Below are positions 1 to 14,414 of a stretch of 64,000 nucleotides of DNA, piece by piece (within the stretch, counting starts at the first letter, position 1; each line of letters starts with the position of its first letter). The position numbers and the translations under genes are program-made. This DNA is from Octopus sinensis (taxonomy: Eukaryota), in contig NC_042997.1 of the NCBI RefSeq assembly GCF_006345805.1, positions 77,686,001-77,750,000 of the forward strand, in the 5' to 3' direction. The notes under the pieces are model-generated. The model made no database searches. It saw nothing but the letters and a program-made list of their open reading frames with translations, and had not been told where the DNA came from.

Positions 1-268
1 GGGGGAGAAGCAAACAGGTGCAGGTGTGAGCGTGGACGCCAACTCCGCCGCCATCGACACGAAAAAATATGCATTAAAATGGAATAAAAAATGATGTTAA
101 ATTATTTTAAAAATCGTAGACTCATGCTAATACCCAGACGGGCTCGATATGAATCATGACTATAAGATACCCGAATTTGGTTAAACTGCACTGCAAAATG
201 TGGGAGTAGTTAGGAATCTAAATCGAAGGGGACAGACACTCACACAACTACAGTTTTATATATATAGA
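1..268 (-). mobile_element. Non-autonomous Helitron (family H1), 5' part; runs off the window edge
   Basis: Minus strand starts A|TCTATATATATAAAA at 268; body is the reverse complement of the H1 copies at 28818 and 40939. Confidence 0.7.
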
Positions 269-986
269 TTTCCACCATATTATATATGTATAAAGCAGGA
301 GTCAAACACCTTTTGAAACAATCATTTTTAACACTTCCTATTCTAATTTTCGTAAATCCTAATAATAAATAATAATTTTTGTATACACACAAAACCTATT
401 TATTTTGTAATTTTCAATGTCTATTCATAGAGTAGTTTATTTGTAAACTGGTGGAAATGCAGTTACAAATAGAAAAATTACTCAGTGAAACTAAACGGCT
501 GAAATAAGACCAGAAAATTTGAATTCTTTAGCAGTTGTCACTACCTAATAGTAATGAATAGTTAGGTGCATGGCAATAGGACAAACTACAACAGGAATTG
601 ATCAAAATTTCTAATCTACAAATAGAAGGAATAGAAAATGGAAAGTGATGGTAATAAATCTTTTCCTGCTTGAAAATATTATTGACTTTCAAACATTTTG
701 AAACAGCAGAGGAGAAAAGAAAGCAACTCAAATTCCAGAATATGAGTTCTAAGATAAAAGAGAAATTTCTATCACATGAATACTGCCTTTGCTATTGAAT
801 AAATAATTCTGGTTGTATCAAGAATTCCAAATAAAAGTCAACTAAGAATGTCGTTGGCATTTATTTTATCATCCATTAAAATCAAACTCAACAAGATTTG
901 CTTTCTCAACTGTAATCAATCTCACTGTTCTTTGATAATTTAGAGTGGTATTCTACTACTAAAATGGTTAACTTTACTTTCAAACA

Positions 987-1288
987 TTTGTAAGGGAAAT
1001 AACTATATAAGCATTTTTAGTGAGTTATAGCAAAAAAATGCATTAAAAATGGAATAAAAAATGATGGTAATTTTGGTGTCTTCAAGCCATGAAGTCGTTG
1101 TTCTAAAAGAACGCTGGTCTCCTTGACAATGCTTTACGACGTTGATTTCCTTACACTCCCTTCCCCACAGCTTCACGAGGGAGGGAAGAAGGGGGAGAAG
1201 CAAACAGGTGCAGGTGTGAGCGTGGACGCCAACTCCGCCGCCATCGACACGAAAAAATATGCATTAAAATGGAATAAAAAATGATGTT
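987..1288 (-). mobile_element. Helitron H1 internal fragment with GC-richer insert
   Basis: TTTGTAAGGGAAATAACTATATAAGCATTTTTAG matches the H1 subterminal region; about 1190-1288 repeats 1-100; both termini missing. Confidence 0.6.
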
Positions 1289-4005
1289 ATCTTTGAAATG
1301 ATCCTATCTTTGAAAGGATCATCAAAAGGCTCTTCTAAGAAATCCAACAAGAAATGACTAATGCTTCTTCTCTCTGACCATTACATGAACCTGAAGGTAT
1401 AGTCTAACAATGACCAAGTGTATTGATGATTAAGTATTTATAGTGAAAAGCTGCAGGACTGAAGATTCAAGATTAGTTTCAGCATGCCATTCAATTGTAC
1501 ATTTAAATTTTTCTTAATGATACAAATTTTAATTTTGAATAGATAGGAAAAAAATTTCTTGTAACACATATACAAAAATGCACTTTACAAACATTTTTCT
1601 TTTGAATATAAAAAGGGAACAACTTTAAACAATGTCTCACGACAAATTCTAAATAATTAACAACCCAGAATTCAGTCAATTTAAACAATTTATTTTCCAC
1701 AAAAATGTTTTCTTCTTTATATAATTGAATTGTTTTTCCAGCCAGTGTTTGGACTAACTGGAAATTATAATTTAAAAAAAAAAATTTTATTAATAATTAT
1801 AAAGACATTTACATGAATTTACAACATTTTCAAGCACAGAAATGGTTTCAAAATATCACAGTAAGAAAAGGATGGATAGGCAGATGGGTAACAAATGATT
1901 TCTTTCATTCTCTTTTAGATTTCATAACAATAATTAATGGGATTCTTCAATTAAGCTTGTCATTTGTATCATTAAACAAGACAAGTTTTTCCATACCACT
2001 CATGAAGAAAACTACTGGATAAAAATGAAAATGTTTAATAACGAATATGATAACGGTATCACCAGTTGATTAATATCATTGTAACATTTTAGTAATAATT
2101 GTTTCTTACATCAGAATGGAGACAAAGATTATTTTTAGAGTTTGAGAAATAGGATGTGTTTTTAATGTTCTTGGAAAAACATCAACATTATAGGGAAACT
2201 GCTCCAACTGGATATTCAAAAGCATGCTATGAGGCTTCATATGCTGGACCAAACCCCTACTCAGGTGATGCTCATTACAATAATGATGATTTCTGATGAA
2301 AGAAGGCCTCAACTGTATAGTGGAAGAGAAATATATGTGATGTTCATGCTTTCCAAATGGAACTATTGATGTAAATGAAGTAAAGTAGCTCCAGCTGGAT
2401 ATGAAAATCAGGTCTTAGACTTGGCCCACTGGAAATTGCCTATTTTCTATGCTAAAAAGCTTGTCTCATAATAATAATAATAATATGATAATGATTAATC
2501 TTTTCCATTGGCACCATACCAGAAAATTTAGGGAGGAAGGTGGTGATTTAATTAAAACAGACTCTTATTTTATCAACACTGGAAAGATGAAAGTCAAAGT
2601 TAGCCTCAATGAGTTTTGACTCAAAAAGTAGGACATTGAATATTTTAAGGCAGTTGTTAAGGCAGAAAGCAGTAAAACAACAACAACAGCAATAATGAAA
2701 AACAATAATCATCTAAACAGATTAAGTTTAAACTATCAAAAGTTGAGATTTTCATTAAGATGAAAGCCATTTTGTATATTTTTATAGCTACTGTTATTAT
2801 CATAATAACTATTTCATATCTAACAATCAGGGGAAAATTCAGCAATGTAGCTATAGAATATAGACCATAGATTAATATGGCAACAAGTAAAAACAAATGT
2901 GACTGGCTTTCCATCATAAAAAAAACAAAAAAACAGACTGGGTTCCTTGGCAAGAAACTCTTGTGATCTTTATGCTTAAGAATATAAGCAAAACATTTCT
3001 AGCTTGAAACTGAGACCAAATTAAAAATTTACTGTTATGCAAGGGGAAATGAAACAAAAATAATAATTCCTAACATAAGCACAAACCTAAAAAAATTCAG
3101 TTAAGAGTATGATTGATTAAACTGATACTAACATGTTACTGATGATACTTCTGATACTTTTTACTGTTTTTCAGATAAGTGAAAAATGTGATTTCAACTC
3201 AAAACATAAATGGAAGCATTTTGTCTGGTGCCCTACTATTTCTGCCATCCACTACTTTATTTGTCACAATAATAATTTTTAACATTTCCATAATAGATTG
3301 AGAAAGATAGAAATGTAATTTATTTAACTCCAATATATAATTGAAACTTATGTTATTGACACTCCACCCACCCTGGAAGGATGAAAGTTACAATCAACCC
3401 TGACAGGTTTTAAACAAAGAGTGTAAAGAGATGCAACTGAATATGACAAGGCATTTTGTCAAACATGATGAATTTGCTACCTAGCATAATTTATAATAAT
3501 AAAATAATCGTAATTGCTTCTTAAATAGGCACAAGGCCAGAAATTTGAGACGGGAGGGAAAGTCGATTTATATTGATCCCAGTATTTGACTGATATTTTT
3601 CAATCCCAGAAGGATGAAAAGCAAATCTGACCTTAGTAGGATTTAAACTCAGAATGTAAAAAATCAGAAGTAAATACCACAGGGTATTTTCTGACGATCT
3701 ACTGATGATTCTGCCAATCTACTGACTTAATAATAATAATAATAATAATAATTATAATAATAACAATAAAAATAGAAAGTGGAAGGAAAGTAAATTGAAA
3801 AAGAGTGTGTAGAATTCAAAATTGTCAACAATATTATCAATAACAACAGTAACAACATCAACAGAAGAAAGTGCTGCAAATTAAAAAAGATGCAAAAAAA
3901 AAATAATTGAAAAATGTAGAGGTAATTGTTTTTGGAAAAAATGTCAAAATGCATTTTGGTTGCTAATTTCATAGAATCATGATAAATATAATGGAAAGAC
4001 CGAAG

Positions 4006-4221
4006 TTAAAAGGTATCTGTTACAATTGGCATCTGCTTGTGAACATCATGACCCATCAAGTAAGTACTGATGGCATAGAAATGGAAGGTGGCACCAACGA
4101 ATACAAAACAATGCCAGATGGCATGGGCAAATGGTATGATTCCATCACACTTGAAAAATACAACACCAGTAGCATATGTTATTCCACCAAGAGTCAATTC
4201 ATACAAACCAGAAGTTTCTTT
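4006..4221 (-). CDS. MMD: MMD/MMD2-like PAQR protein, last coding exon ([13 protein letters not shown]...FAHAIWHCF...TDTF*)
   Basis: Acceptor ctaatttcag, phase 0; translation matches the MMD C-terminus incl. [19 protein letters not shown] (PAQR HxxxH motif); TAA at 4006-4008. Confidence 0.93.
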   Translation of the reverse strand, partial: KETSGLYELTLGGITYATGVVFFKCDGIIPFAHAIWHCFVFVGATFHFYAISTYLMGHDVHKQMPIVTDTF

Positions 4222-4794
4222 CTGAAATTAGAAAAGGAATGAGTGAAATCAAAAAAGAGTTTAAAAAAAATATATCTAAGACAATGAAGGAAAGTATAAT
4301 TTTCATCATCATTGATGTGACACTATGTTCATACAATTTAAATGCGGCATTTCATGTGGCTATCATACATCATCCTTTTTATGTGATCAAAATTTACCAA
4401 CTTCATTCTGACTTCTCAGATCTTCCTTGGTTTATCTTCTATCATCACCCAATACACACATATTTTCATTATATGCCCATACAACTTACTTGTACAGTAG
4501 AAAATCTGCTTGATCTCCCTCTCTTTTCTAATTGATAATCAGTATGTACCAGGTTATATACTTTCATTTAAGTGGATAGAACCAGTTAAAGTTAGGTGTT
4601 TTAATCATGGAAACTGAGCCGCATATACAAGTCAACAACTGAAACTTCAGTCATTTGAAACTCTCAGTCTTAAAATTACCAGCACTAAAGTTGTGAATAA
4701 TTAAAGAAATAGTTAAGAGGGAATTTGGTCACTTTACTCTGACAAAAAATGGAGCAGGGTAAAGGAAAATAAGTGTTAAATAGATTATACATAC

Positions 4795-4864
4795 CATTGC
4801 TAATACTGTTACAGACGGACCCACTCCAATGATTACATAAAGCAATGTCTCCAACCATTTATAT
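4795..4864 (-). CDS. MMD: MMD-like exon (YKWLETLLYVIIGVGPSVTVLAM)
   Basis: cccatttcag acceptor, gtatgt donor, 70 nt; phases join both neighbours; aligns to MMD YKVVELFFYLTMGFSPALVVTSM. Confidence 0.9.
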
Positions 4865-6781
4865 CTGAAATGGGATTATTCAATTTTTTAGATGAAACAA
4901 AATGCAAAATTTTATTCAGTTTTTACAGTTTTACATCCATTTATGCAAACATTCTTCAATTCTTTTACTGATTTTATTTGTTGGACTGCTATGCTGGGTC
5001 ACCACATTTAAAGGGATTTTTTTAGTCAATCACATCAGGTTTCACTATTCGTTAATATCTGATACTTATTTCATTGATAGGCTCAGTTAACATTTTGACT
5101 GAACACAGCATTTTTTTTTTTAATGTGTAGCAATATGCAGCAATTTTTTGTGTGAAACAAAACTTCAAATATGGTTATAGACAAACACACAGGATGTACT
5201 CTCTGCAATGTTTGTATACACACACACACAATGGACTCCCTACAATTTTTGTACACACACACACACACACAAGGTACTATTCAAAGTAAGGGTATAGTCA
5301 AAAGTATTACTCCTAGAACCCAGAACTTCATAGCTGTGACCTGAATTTCTTAAGACAACCATGCTTGGGTGGGATTTTGTTTTTATGTGTAGGAGATATA
5401 TAGCTATATCACCTTCTAACTTTTGCAGTCAGGCAAACTCTGCAGAACAAATATTCTACACTTTGTTTAGAGATACAACACTTGACCTTAAGGTCATAAT
5501 GTCAACAGACCTGCATCTTCTTAACATTACAGTCTCTCAATCTATTAACACAAGAAATTGTAAAAATATCAGGCTTAATAATTGAAGAATGAATTTAAAC
5601 ATTAAGTTCACTACTTCTAGTGAGCACATTGTTTTACTGCAGACATTTTAACACTTCCTTTGTGTTTCTTCTTCAGTTCTTTTGATTATCTTTGTCTTTT
5701 AAATCTTGTAATCCTTTTTTTTGTAATATTGTCCTGCATTACTTTCTTCTCATTAGGTGTTCCATCTTGTTACACTTTGCCATTTATTTTAAATCTTGTT
5801 TGAACTGATACTGATAATCAGCTTTGGTATTTATCATGCATAAGCATGTATTTCTTTGTATATTCTGACTATGTTCTTTCTCTGGCTACTCATACCGTCT
5901 CAACTTCTCATTCTACAAGAATCACAAGTTTAGGTTTAAATTTTACTTTTATTTTCGGCTCTATTTTAGTTTTTTCTTTGATTCTTTTCTTCCTTACTGA
6001 TTTCTTTACTTTTTTCCATTCTCTCTCTGTCCATAAGGATTTTGGAGGCCATGTTACTATTTCACTGATCATTCCACAATATAATATTCCTTTTTGCTAT
6101 TCATACTCAACATCATTTAATAATGTGCTTTGTTTAAGTTTCATTTTGTTTTTTTTTGTGATGTTTGCCTATATTTCTCAATTTGCCATGATTCATAGCT
6201 ATATTATTAGTTTCACCAATAATATTCTTCTTCCTACTATATCTTCATCCCCTATTTGTTGATAATGTCTTTCCTTCCTTCCATTGCATTTTATTATCTG
6301 TTCTTCCTTTATTTTCTCAGTGTTAGATCCTTTATCCAAATATATATCTCAGAAGCATTTATATTGACCTGTAACCATGCACTAAAGCTACAGTTCTAAA
6401 TTGTTAATGGTGAACAGCCCCTGTCAGAATGATAGTTATGACAACTCACACCTTTGACATCTCATATATGTTAAAATCTGGCCTGGCTCTCTGTTGGTTG
6501 TGTGAAGTAAAGAATGACAGTCATGTCAGATCATATCTTTTATATTTGATAAAAAATCCTAATTGCAAACAAAACAGGCCAAGGTAGACTTTGCTTTCTA
6601 AGGATTTATTTTGAATGGTGGTTAATCCAAGACAGAGTTTAAATCTAGTGAAGATATTGAAATCATAGTTAATTTGGTAATACGTTCTTGAGATTTATCA
6701 GACAGAGCATCATTTCAAATTTGTAATTTACAGTGATCTATGACACAGAGGTTAGGCATGTAAAGGGCTTTCAGTTTAATA

Positions 6782-7658
6782 TGAGGGGGTAACCAAAAGA
6801 AACTAGGACAAGACCAGTGTAATTCAGGCTTCCACCACTAGAAGCTATTTGATGTGACCCTCAGGCATCAGTATGCTGACCAGCATTGTCAAGTGTAGTC
6901 CTACTGCCACGTGGTGCATCTTTGCATTGCAGTGGTTCTTCCCTGTTTGATGATTTTTGCAATGGCTGAAAAGAAGGAACAGCATGTTTCCATGAAATTC
7001 TGTTTTCTGCTGGGGAAAACGGCGGCCAAAACAGTTGTTATGCTAGAAGCATACAGCTTACAAGGATGCTGCCATGAGCAAAACACAAGTTCACAAGTAG
7101 TTTTTACACTTTAGGAATGGTCACTTGTCGCTTGAAGACTAACCTCGTTCAGGATGTCCGTCAACCTCCCAAACAAATGAAAATATCACAAAAATTCATG
7201 AACTGATTTTGGAGGACCATCACCAAACAATTGATGAACTTGTTGAAAAGACTGGTGTGTCCAATGAATTTTGAGTGAGGAATTTTGAATGAAAACAGTT
7301 GCAACAAAATTTGTGCCTTGCTTGCTCACAGAAGTTCAAAAGAAGTCATGACTGAATGTGTATCATGAACTGAAAAAATAGTTGGAAGTTGATCTTTTTT
7401 CAAAAGTCATGACTAGTGATGAAAGCTAGTGCTACAGAATTTGCAGATGTGGAAGAGGTGAAGAAAAAAAATCATAGAGGCATTAAAAAGCTTCACTTCG
7501 CAAGAGATTCAGCACTGTTTCAAACAGTGGAAAGCATGTCTGGACTGATGCATTGCTTCAAACGCAGAATACTTTGAAAGTGACAAAAGTTTAAACATGT
7601 AAAACTAAGTGAATAAAATAATATTGCAAAATTCCAGTTCCTTTTGTGTACCCCCTCA
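6782..7658 (+). mobile_element. Internally deleted mariner DNA transposon
   Basis: ~28-bp imperfect TIRs (TGAGGGGGTAACCAAAAG / CTTTTGTGTACCCCCTCA) flanked by TA; degenerate transposase (EQHVSMKFCFLLGKTAAKTVVML; PRSG; KFVP-LLT). Confidence 0.85.
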
Positions 7659-7723
7659 TATACAACAGCTGTTAACACATTCAAATATGGAAGATCCACA
7701 AGGTAGTATGGATTAAAACTTAC

Positions 7724-7825
7724 TTTTCGTGGAACATATATTGGTAGGAGATACCCATCATAGCTAACATCCAAATTAACCATCGTACTTGAACACCCCA
7801 GTTTTCCATATCTTTCAATAATAGC
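7724..7825 (-). CDS. MMD: MMD-like exon (LLLKDMENWGVQVRWLIWMLAMMGISYQYMFHEK)
   Basis: attattatag acceptor, gtaagt donor, 102 nt; aligns to MMD WLNLRELG...MRWFIW...YHEK. Confidence 0.92.
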
Positions 7826-8297
7826 CTATAATAATAATCATATTACAATTAAAAATAAATGTTTTTTACAATTTTTATTTTACTTAGATCTTTTTTGATA
7901 AACAATTTTGGTAAACAATTTAATTTTTCAAGATGTTTCAGCTTATGTCAGTCTTGATTGAGCAGAACTCTAATCAAAGACATTTCAACCATAACCATCC
8001 TACATTGTCCATTGTCTTTCTTTTTTAAGACCATGCGGTGTCATCTGGGATGATTTTGTAGCTATCTCTAGCAAGTCAAGCAACCATATACAGGCTCACT
8101 AGTTATCTACTTTTTAAAGATCTCATTCATAATGAAAAGTCTTTTTGCAAGGCAAATAGATCTTGAGTTAGTTTTCCCAAGGATACAAATCACTCTACTG
8201 AAAAGAAAATTTCCAATTCACAGGAAAAAGCTAACCCTAACCTTAGGTTTATCAAGTTTTCATGCTCTTTAACTTTAACTTCATGGTATTTCACAAT

Positions 8298-8538
8298 GGT
8301 GAGTGAGCTGGCAGAAATGTTAGCATGCTGAGCGAAATGCTTTGCGGTATTTTGTCTGCCGTTACGTTCTGAATTCAAATTCCGCCAAGGTCGACTTTGC
8401 CTTTCATCCTTTCGGGGTCGATTAAATAAGTACCAGTTACGCACTGGGGTCGATATAATCAACTTAATCCGTTTGTCTGTCCTTGTTTGTCCTCTCTGTG
8501 TTTAGCCCCTTGTGGGTAGTAAAAAAATAGGTATTTCA
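8298..8538 (+). mobile_element. tRNA-derived SINE, family B (well preserved)
   Basis: Head with A/B-box-like motifs (GAGCTGGCAGAA...GAATTCAAATTCC), body GACTTTGCCTTTCATCCTTTCGGGGTCG; degraded relatives near 3530-3730, 9290-9670, 24100-24220, 27720-28100 and 43630-43830. Confidence 0.75.
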
Positions 8539-10174
8539 TAATGGTATATTTTGGTTAATTTTATATATTGCTGATAGCCTCTTAAAGTTAAAAGCCCCAA
8601 ATCTAACTCAAATGGGATTTGAACTTCAAACAGTAAATTACCAAAATTTAGATACATCAAAGCATTAATTTTCATTTTCACTCTCTACTGATTGTAGCAA
8701 TACCACTGTACTATCACCACTAAATAATTATAAGAATCATGGACACTTCTCTCACAGACAATAGATGAGGGTTCAGTAATTTCTTAATGAGCAACCTGTA
8801 CAGATGATTTTTTTATAGTGATCAAAAGTTTGTGCTGCACATTAGCTGATTTTCTCCATCAAATAACTGTTGCTTGAACAGGTATATGGTGTGCCACATA
8901 TCACATGTTGAAGTGATTGTAGAGCAATGTGAGATGAAGTGTTTTTACACAAAAACACAACCCACCTCCTGGTCTGGGAATCAAATCACTATCTTGTGAA
9001 TAGAGTGCAACACCTTAACCACTAGGTCATATGTCCTCACTCATAATAATGCTATCCTGTTACATATATCAAGTAGTATTATTTCACTCAGGAAGACAGC
9101 AACTCAATGCCTTGAGCAGAACATCAGTTAAGAATTCCCTATTTGATATAGGTAACCATTACAGCATACAATGATGGTAAGATGACAAAGACTAAAAGCA
9201 GTCATTGTTAAGCGTACAACAGTGAATAATGTGTGATTACAAAAATGAAAGTCAAAAATTAAGGAGAAGTGAATGGTGTTTGATATGTAATATTGGTTTC
9301 AAATTTTGGCACAAGGTCAGCAAGTTTGGGGAGGAACTAGTCAATTCCAGTATTCAACTGGTTCTTATTTTATTGACTCCAAAAGGATGAAAGGTAAAGT
9401 TGACCACAGCAGCATTTGAACTCAGAATATAAGGACATTCTAACAATTCTGCCAGCTTGCCATTTTATGTCTGATATGTAATATTGGTTTCAAACTTTGG
9501 CACAAGGCCAGCAATGTTGGGGGAAGGGGTAAGTTGATTACATCAACCCTAGTGCTCAACTGGTTCTTATTTTATCAACCTTGAAAGATGAAAGGCAAAG
9601 TTGACAAAGTCAAATGCAATGTCACTAAGCATTTTGCCTGGTGTGCTAATGATTCTGCCAGCTCCCCACCTTTGTTTGATGTGTAATATTAACAAATGTG
9701 ATTAATTGAGAAAGTAAATGGTTTTGAAAAAACATAAGTCACAGAATGTAGTCATAGGTTAACTTGAAAAGAAAAATAGATCAAATTTGAGAACAATGGG
9801 CATCAACTGAACTGAAATGAAAAGAAAATATATTGAGATCTGACCAATTATATGACAGTTTTAAGAACATTTCATCCCAGCTCTTTATTGTTGCTTTATT
9901 ATTGAAGTCAATACATTTCTGTGTTGTTGTTGTCTTTATGATTAAGTAACCATCATCAGTATGCTGGTTATCAATTAAACAATATTTCACCTAAAAACAA
10001 TGACATCACAGTAAAAAGGATGGCGATTAAGGGAAGGAAGGAAGGAAAGAGACATAATGGTGAAATTAATGATGGAACCATTTAGCATTGTAAGTTGGAA
10101 TAAAAATTCCTAGTACAGAGAGACAACAGGGTAATGCTGTTAGTAGGAGAAGTTGGGAAGGTGAAAGGGGAGCT

Positions 10175-10368
10175 GAAAAAGAAGTAATTTCTACTCTTCT
10201 CCTCTGGAAGCCATCTACTCGCAATACCAGAGGGCGCACACTCTCCTACCCTGATGTAATCTCCAGGGATACAGGCATCCAGCAACAGGACCTCCGTAAT
10301 GCTATGATGGACCGTGAAGTCTGGCGTAACATAGTAAATTCCACGGTCGAACAATGATGATGATGATG
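10175..10368 (+). mobile_element. 3' end of a second RTE-type LINE family
   Basis: Reads LLLWKPSTRNTRGRTLSYPDVISRDTGIQQQDLRNAMMDREVWRNIV, an RTE-type C-terminus, then a (GAT)n tail. Confidence 0.65.
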
Positions 10369-10969
10369 TAGTGTCAGAATGAAATGGGGGACGCTAAGCT
10401 AAGAGAAGTCAAGAGAAGTTAGTATAAGTTAAAGCACTTGTAAACATAACAGGAGGAAAGTGACAACTGAGAAATTAGCAATTGAGAAGGGAAAAGATAA
10501 AAATTTTAGGTAAAAAAATGGGAAAATGAACATGAACTGTGAGGAGACCCTTGGATATCCTTGTTTAAAAATCGAGAAAGCTTTTCAAAAATTCCCCCAA
10601 AAGTCTCTTTTGAGACAATACAGAAATTGCTAAGGCCTGACGGTTTTGTGTGTGAGAGAGAGGGGGGGAGAGAAATGGATGGATGGGTAGACATGCAGAT
10701 AGACAGACAAATATATGGATAGATAGATGGATGGAGGCATAGACAAGCAGACAGAGAAACAGATAGATAGATGGGTAGATAGACAGATAGATACAAAGAT
10801 GGGACCTACTAGTGGCATGTGGTCTGTGTATAGCCTTGTTGCTAATCTGCTTACAGCATTACCCTGTTGTCTCTCTGTACTAGACCACAGCTATGTTGCC
10901 TGAGAAACACTAGCACATAGATATTCCTGTCAGTGCTAATCAAAGAAAAATAGAAATACATGTATTTAC

Positions 10970-11044
10970 CATGGAGTGTAAGAAGCAGCAATGAATATGT
11001 AAATAGCAGCTCGATCTCCAATATGAAAGACATTCTTTAGAGTT
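10970..11044 (-). CDS. MMD: MMD-like exon (TLKNVFHIGDRAAIYIFIAASYTPW)
   Basis: tttttttcag acceptor, gtaaat donor, 75 nt; aligns to MMD [22 protein letters not shown]. Confidence 0.93.
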
Positions 11045-11429
11045 CTGAAAAAAAGTAGATAAATAAATCAATTTAAAAATATAAGAAAACTAATAAGTCT
11101 TTTTACACATTCTTCAGATTTTATGGGAGAGATGAAGTTCATGACTTTTTTTTCTTTTTTTGGCTACAGCTAGTTGGGGGAACTGAAATAAGATTTTGGA
11201 TTGAGTTAAATGTGAATTCACTGCCATACCATAAATCCAGTCCCTTCCCCCAACTATGACCATCATCATCATCAACAATTTCTTTTATTAACTCCAGAGT
11301 GAGGAATGAGAAGATATTACAAGGAAAGGTAACAAAAAGTAAAGCAGGGAAAGGGGAAGATCACAGAAACTGAATGAATGGAAAACGAAAAAATACTATA
11401 CACACTCTACAAAGGTAGGACAAAATCAT

Positions 11430-12730
11430 TAAAGAGGTAAATTAGGATCAATCAAAGAATTCTACAGATCCAGGATTGCACTGGCTTCCAAGATTAAATG
11501 CCTTCTCCCACCTGTTATTTCCTGGCTAGGTCTACTCACATGAGCAATGTTTGCACTCCCACACAGTCTTCAACAAATTTACTGGAGGGCAACACTTTTC
11601 TCTTAATACTAACATTCCTACTCATCTGAAACTTTAAAACACCAATGAAGGAATGCTAAAGCCTTCAGTGCTTTCAGTCACATCCACCACAAACTCTTTC
11701 ATCATAGCCACCAACAACAAATTTGCCTGCCTTTTCCATCAATGAATTTCTGAGGACACATTATTAGTCACCTCATATCAAGGCCTACACACAAATGTAA
11801 GCAGTAGATGGCCTTTCTATCAATGGAATCCATTACCCCCAGAAGTAAAAGAGCAGAAGAAACTTGAGAGAAGGTATATCAGACAGGGAGTAACATCATT
11901 ACTCAAATTTTGAGTATAACATCTTTTCAGCTATTTCTGGGTGAGACTGGCCACCCTGCTTGTAACCTAATCCCTGTTGCTATCCATCTGGAGGTCTGGA
12001 TTGAAACAGACTCCAAACAGCTTAATCAGTCCATTTATTCATTCTCTTTGATGTTTGCAAGAAACATGGAAATGCCATTCCAGGTGCTGAACTGCAGGTC
12101 CACCCACTTGTCTGGGTTAATTTTTGTTCTTGCTACTGTCTTGTATTACTTTAGAACACTGTTGATTTCTTCAATCTCTGTAGTGTTTGGTGTCTTTATG
12201 GTCACATTATCTTACATATGCTGGAAATGGCTCCCCCCATACCACTCAGCATCACCAAGTTTCTGCAACAATGATTTCACAGTTACTATATATGGAAAAG
12301 ATGAGAGAGGACATCCCTGATAAACTGAGCACATGATTCAGAATGGTTTTGACAGGTGACCATTTAGTCTGTTCACTGACCAGAAGCTGTTGTACATTGA
12401 AGTAATCTAATCTCTGCACCAAGGATAGTTGCCATCTAGTAATAGTCAATCTTGTCAAAAGCTTCCAAACTGATTAGCGCCTTATTGAAGCCAGATTTGT
12501 TACCTGCTCCCTTTATGATGATTTACATGAGGTTGAAATTTTTATGGATAGATCTACCTCAGGACTGTGCTCCCCAATGATACTACCAATGCCAAATGCT
12601 AACAATGCTGCTAGCACCTTGGCAATATTTTAAAGTCAGTATGCAGCTATGAATAATCAATAATGTCATCACTCACTGATTCAGAGTTATTCTGCTGTCA
12701 GTTGTGGAAGACAAGGCATCAGTGGATGAG
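11430..12730 (-). mobile_element. Degenerate L1/Tx1-like LINE reverse-transcriptase remnant
   Basis: Broken minus-strand frames give TDFKILPRC/AKVLA, EAFDKID, VYQGCPLSSF and PDLQMD motifs typical of L1/Tx1 RT; many stops and frameshifts; ends approximate. Confidence 0.6.
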
Positions 12731-13067
12731 TCTGGTATGTATATATAAAGATCATAAGGCAAATATCCAAACTGTGTCATTTTCCCCTCACATTTACCAT
12801 AAAGTGTATTTCAGCTGCTGCTTCCAGTTTTTTGTAGTGGGAAGTGAAAAACCAACTCTAGTTTATTAATATTTTTCTTAAGCAACATAGTGATGTAAAA
12901 TGGCTGTAACCAAAAATCCAAATCAAGCTACAGATTTACCTCCATTATGGTACTTGTCACATTATATGAAATATATCATATTACATGCTAGTTCTAAACA
13001 ATGTAGGAGTTGGGGAGTTGGCAGAAATAAATTCAATCATAAACAAAATATGTAAACGAAGACTTAC

Positions 13068-13225
13068 TTTAGTTTTCCTGAGTATGATAGTGCATGGTAG
13101 ATGGTAGAAGTAGTAAACAATGTAAACAATGCAAGCCCAAACACACAGGCACTAAGGAACTGGTGATCATTTACAGACCAATACAGTAGCCAGAGAAGGC
13201 CTCCAAAGCTTGGTAAAATCCACAA
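13068..13225 (-). CDS. MMD: MMD-like exon (LWILPSFGGLLWLLYWS...TTSTIYHALSYSGKLK)
   Basis: atatttttag acceptor, gtaagt donor, 158 nt stop-free; two hydrophobic helices and PAQR SxxxH motif (STIYH). Confidence 0.92.
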
Positions 13226-13914
13226 CTAAAAATATTAAAAATACAAAAATGTAAATAATTATAAGAGTTCTGTTAAAAATTATACCAAGGATTAATGTTA
13301 AGAAACTCAATGGTCAAGAGTTTAACCTTGCTATAGTTATGTTGTTCCCTCAAAATTGTCCCATCATTTTTTTTTACTTATGTTGATGTGGCTAACCTTT
13401 ATCATTTCCACTTCACAAAATAATTTCAAGACGTCAACAGGAATTAAGTCCTTTTGCATTTAAACTGACCATAAAATTCTACTTCTTTTATGTTTAAACT
13501 GACCAGATCCAGTCCCTCACATCTACCTTAAAAATCATTCTAAAAATAAACAATACTGAAATAAAATATTGAAGTTATGAGATAATGCATGATGAATTCA
13601 AAACAATTTGAATAAATAAATATTACATCTGACAAAGTAATCTGAATGCTAAAAGGTTAAATGAAAAATATCAATAAAACTGATGTATATTGAGAGCCAT
13701 GGTAATTAGTAAATATATCAACATCTTCACATGTCAACAGAAAATGATACACTGATTCCTGCCTTATAATTTATCATGACATGATATATCAACCCTCAAT
13801 TCATATAGCAACACATGACATACCAACTTCTACTTCAGATGCCAACTTCATAGACTTATATATATCTGTTGATTCACCAGAAGCAATAAATTACAGGACC
13901 TCAAAACAAATCTT

Positions 13915-14320
13915 TTATCTTTAACTTGTTTCAGTCATTTGACTGCAGTCATGCTGGATCACTACCTTGAAGGGTCTTAGTTGAACAAATCGATCCCAGA
14001 ACTTATTTTTTAAAGCCGGGTACTTATTCTACTGGTTTCTTTGGCTGAACCACTAAGTTACAGAGATGTAAACACACCAACATCAGTTACCAAGCAGTGG
14101 TGGGAGACAAACACAGACACAAAGACACACATACATAGATATATACATAAATATATGACAGGCTTCTTTCAGTTCGTCTACCAAATCCATTCTCAAGATT
14201 TAGGTTGGCCCATGGCTATAGTAGAAGGCACTTGCCTAAAATGTTGCACAGTAGGACTGAACCTGGAGTCATGCAATTGGGAAGCAAGCTTCATACCATA
14301 CAACCATGCCTGCACTTATA
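13915..14320 (-). mobile_element. tRNA-derived SINE, family A
   Basis: Same head-(CA/TA)-body-TGACTGAAACAAGTAAAAG layout as the copies at 39190 and 45565. Confidence 0.75.
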
Positions 14321-14414
14321 TGTAGAGTATTCTTTGATACATTATAACTAAAAGGCTTCGATTTCTGTTATTCAGTGTTACTTGTTTCCAATCATCAGCT
14401 GGTAAATTGAAACT

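Noticed and set aside
5846-6262. 138-aa hydrophobic ORF
   Set aside because: T-rich low-complexity intronic DNA antisense to MMD; no recognisable motif.
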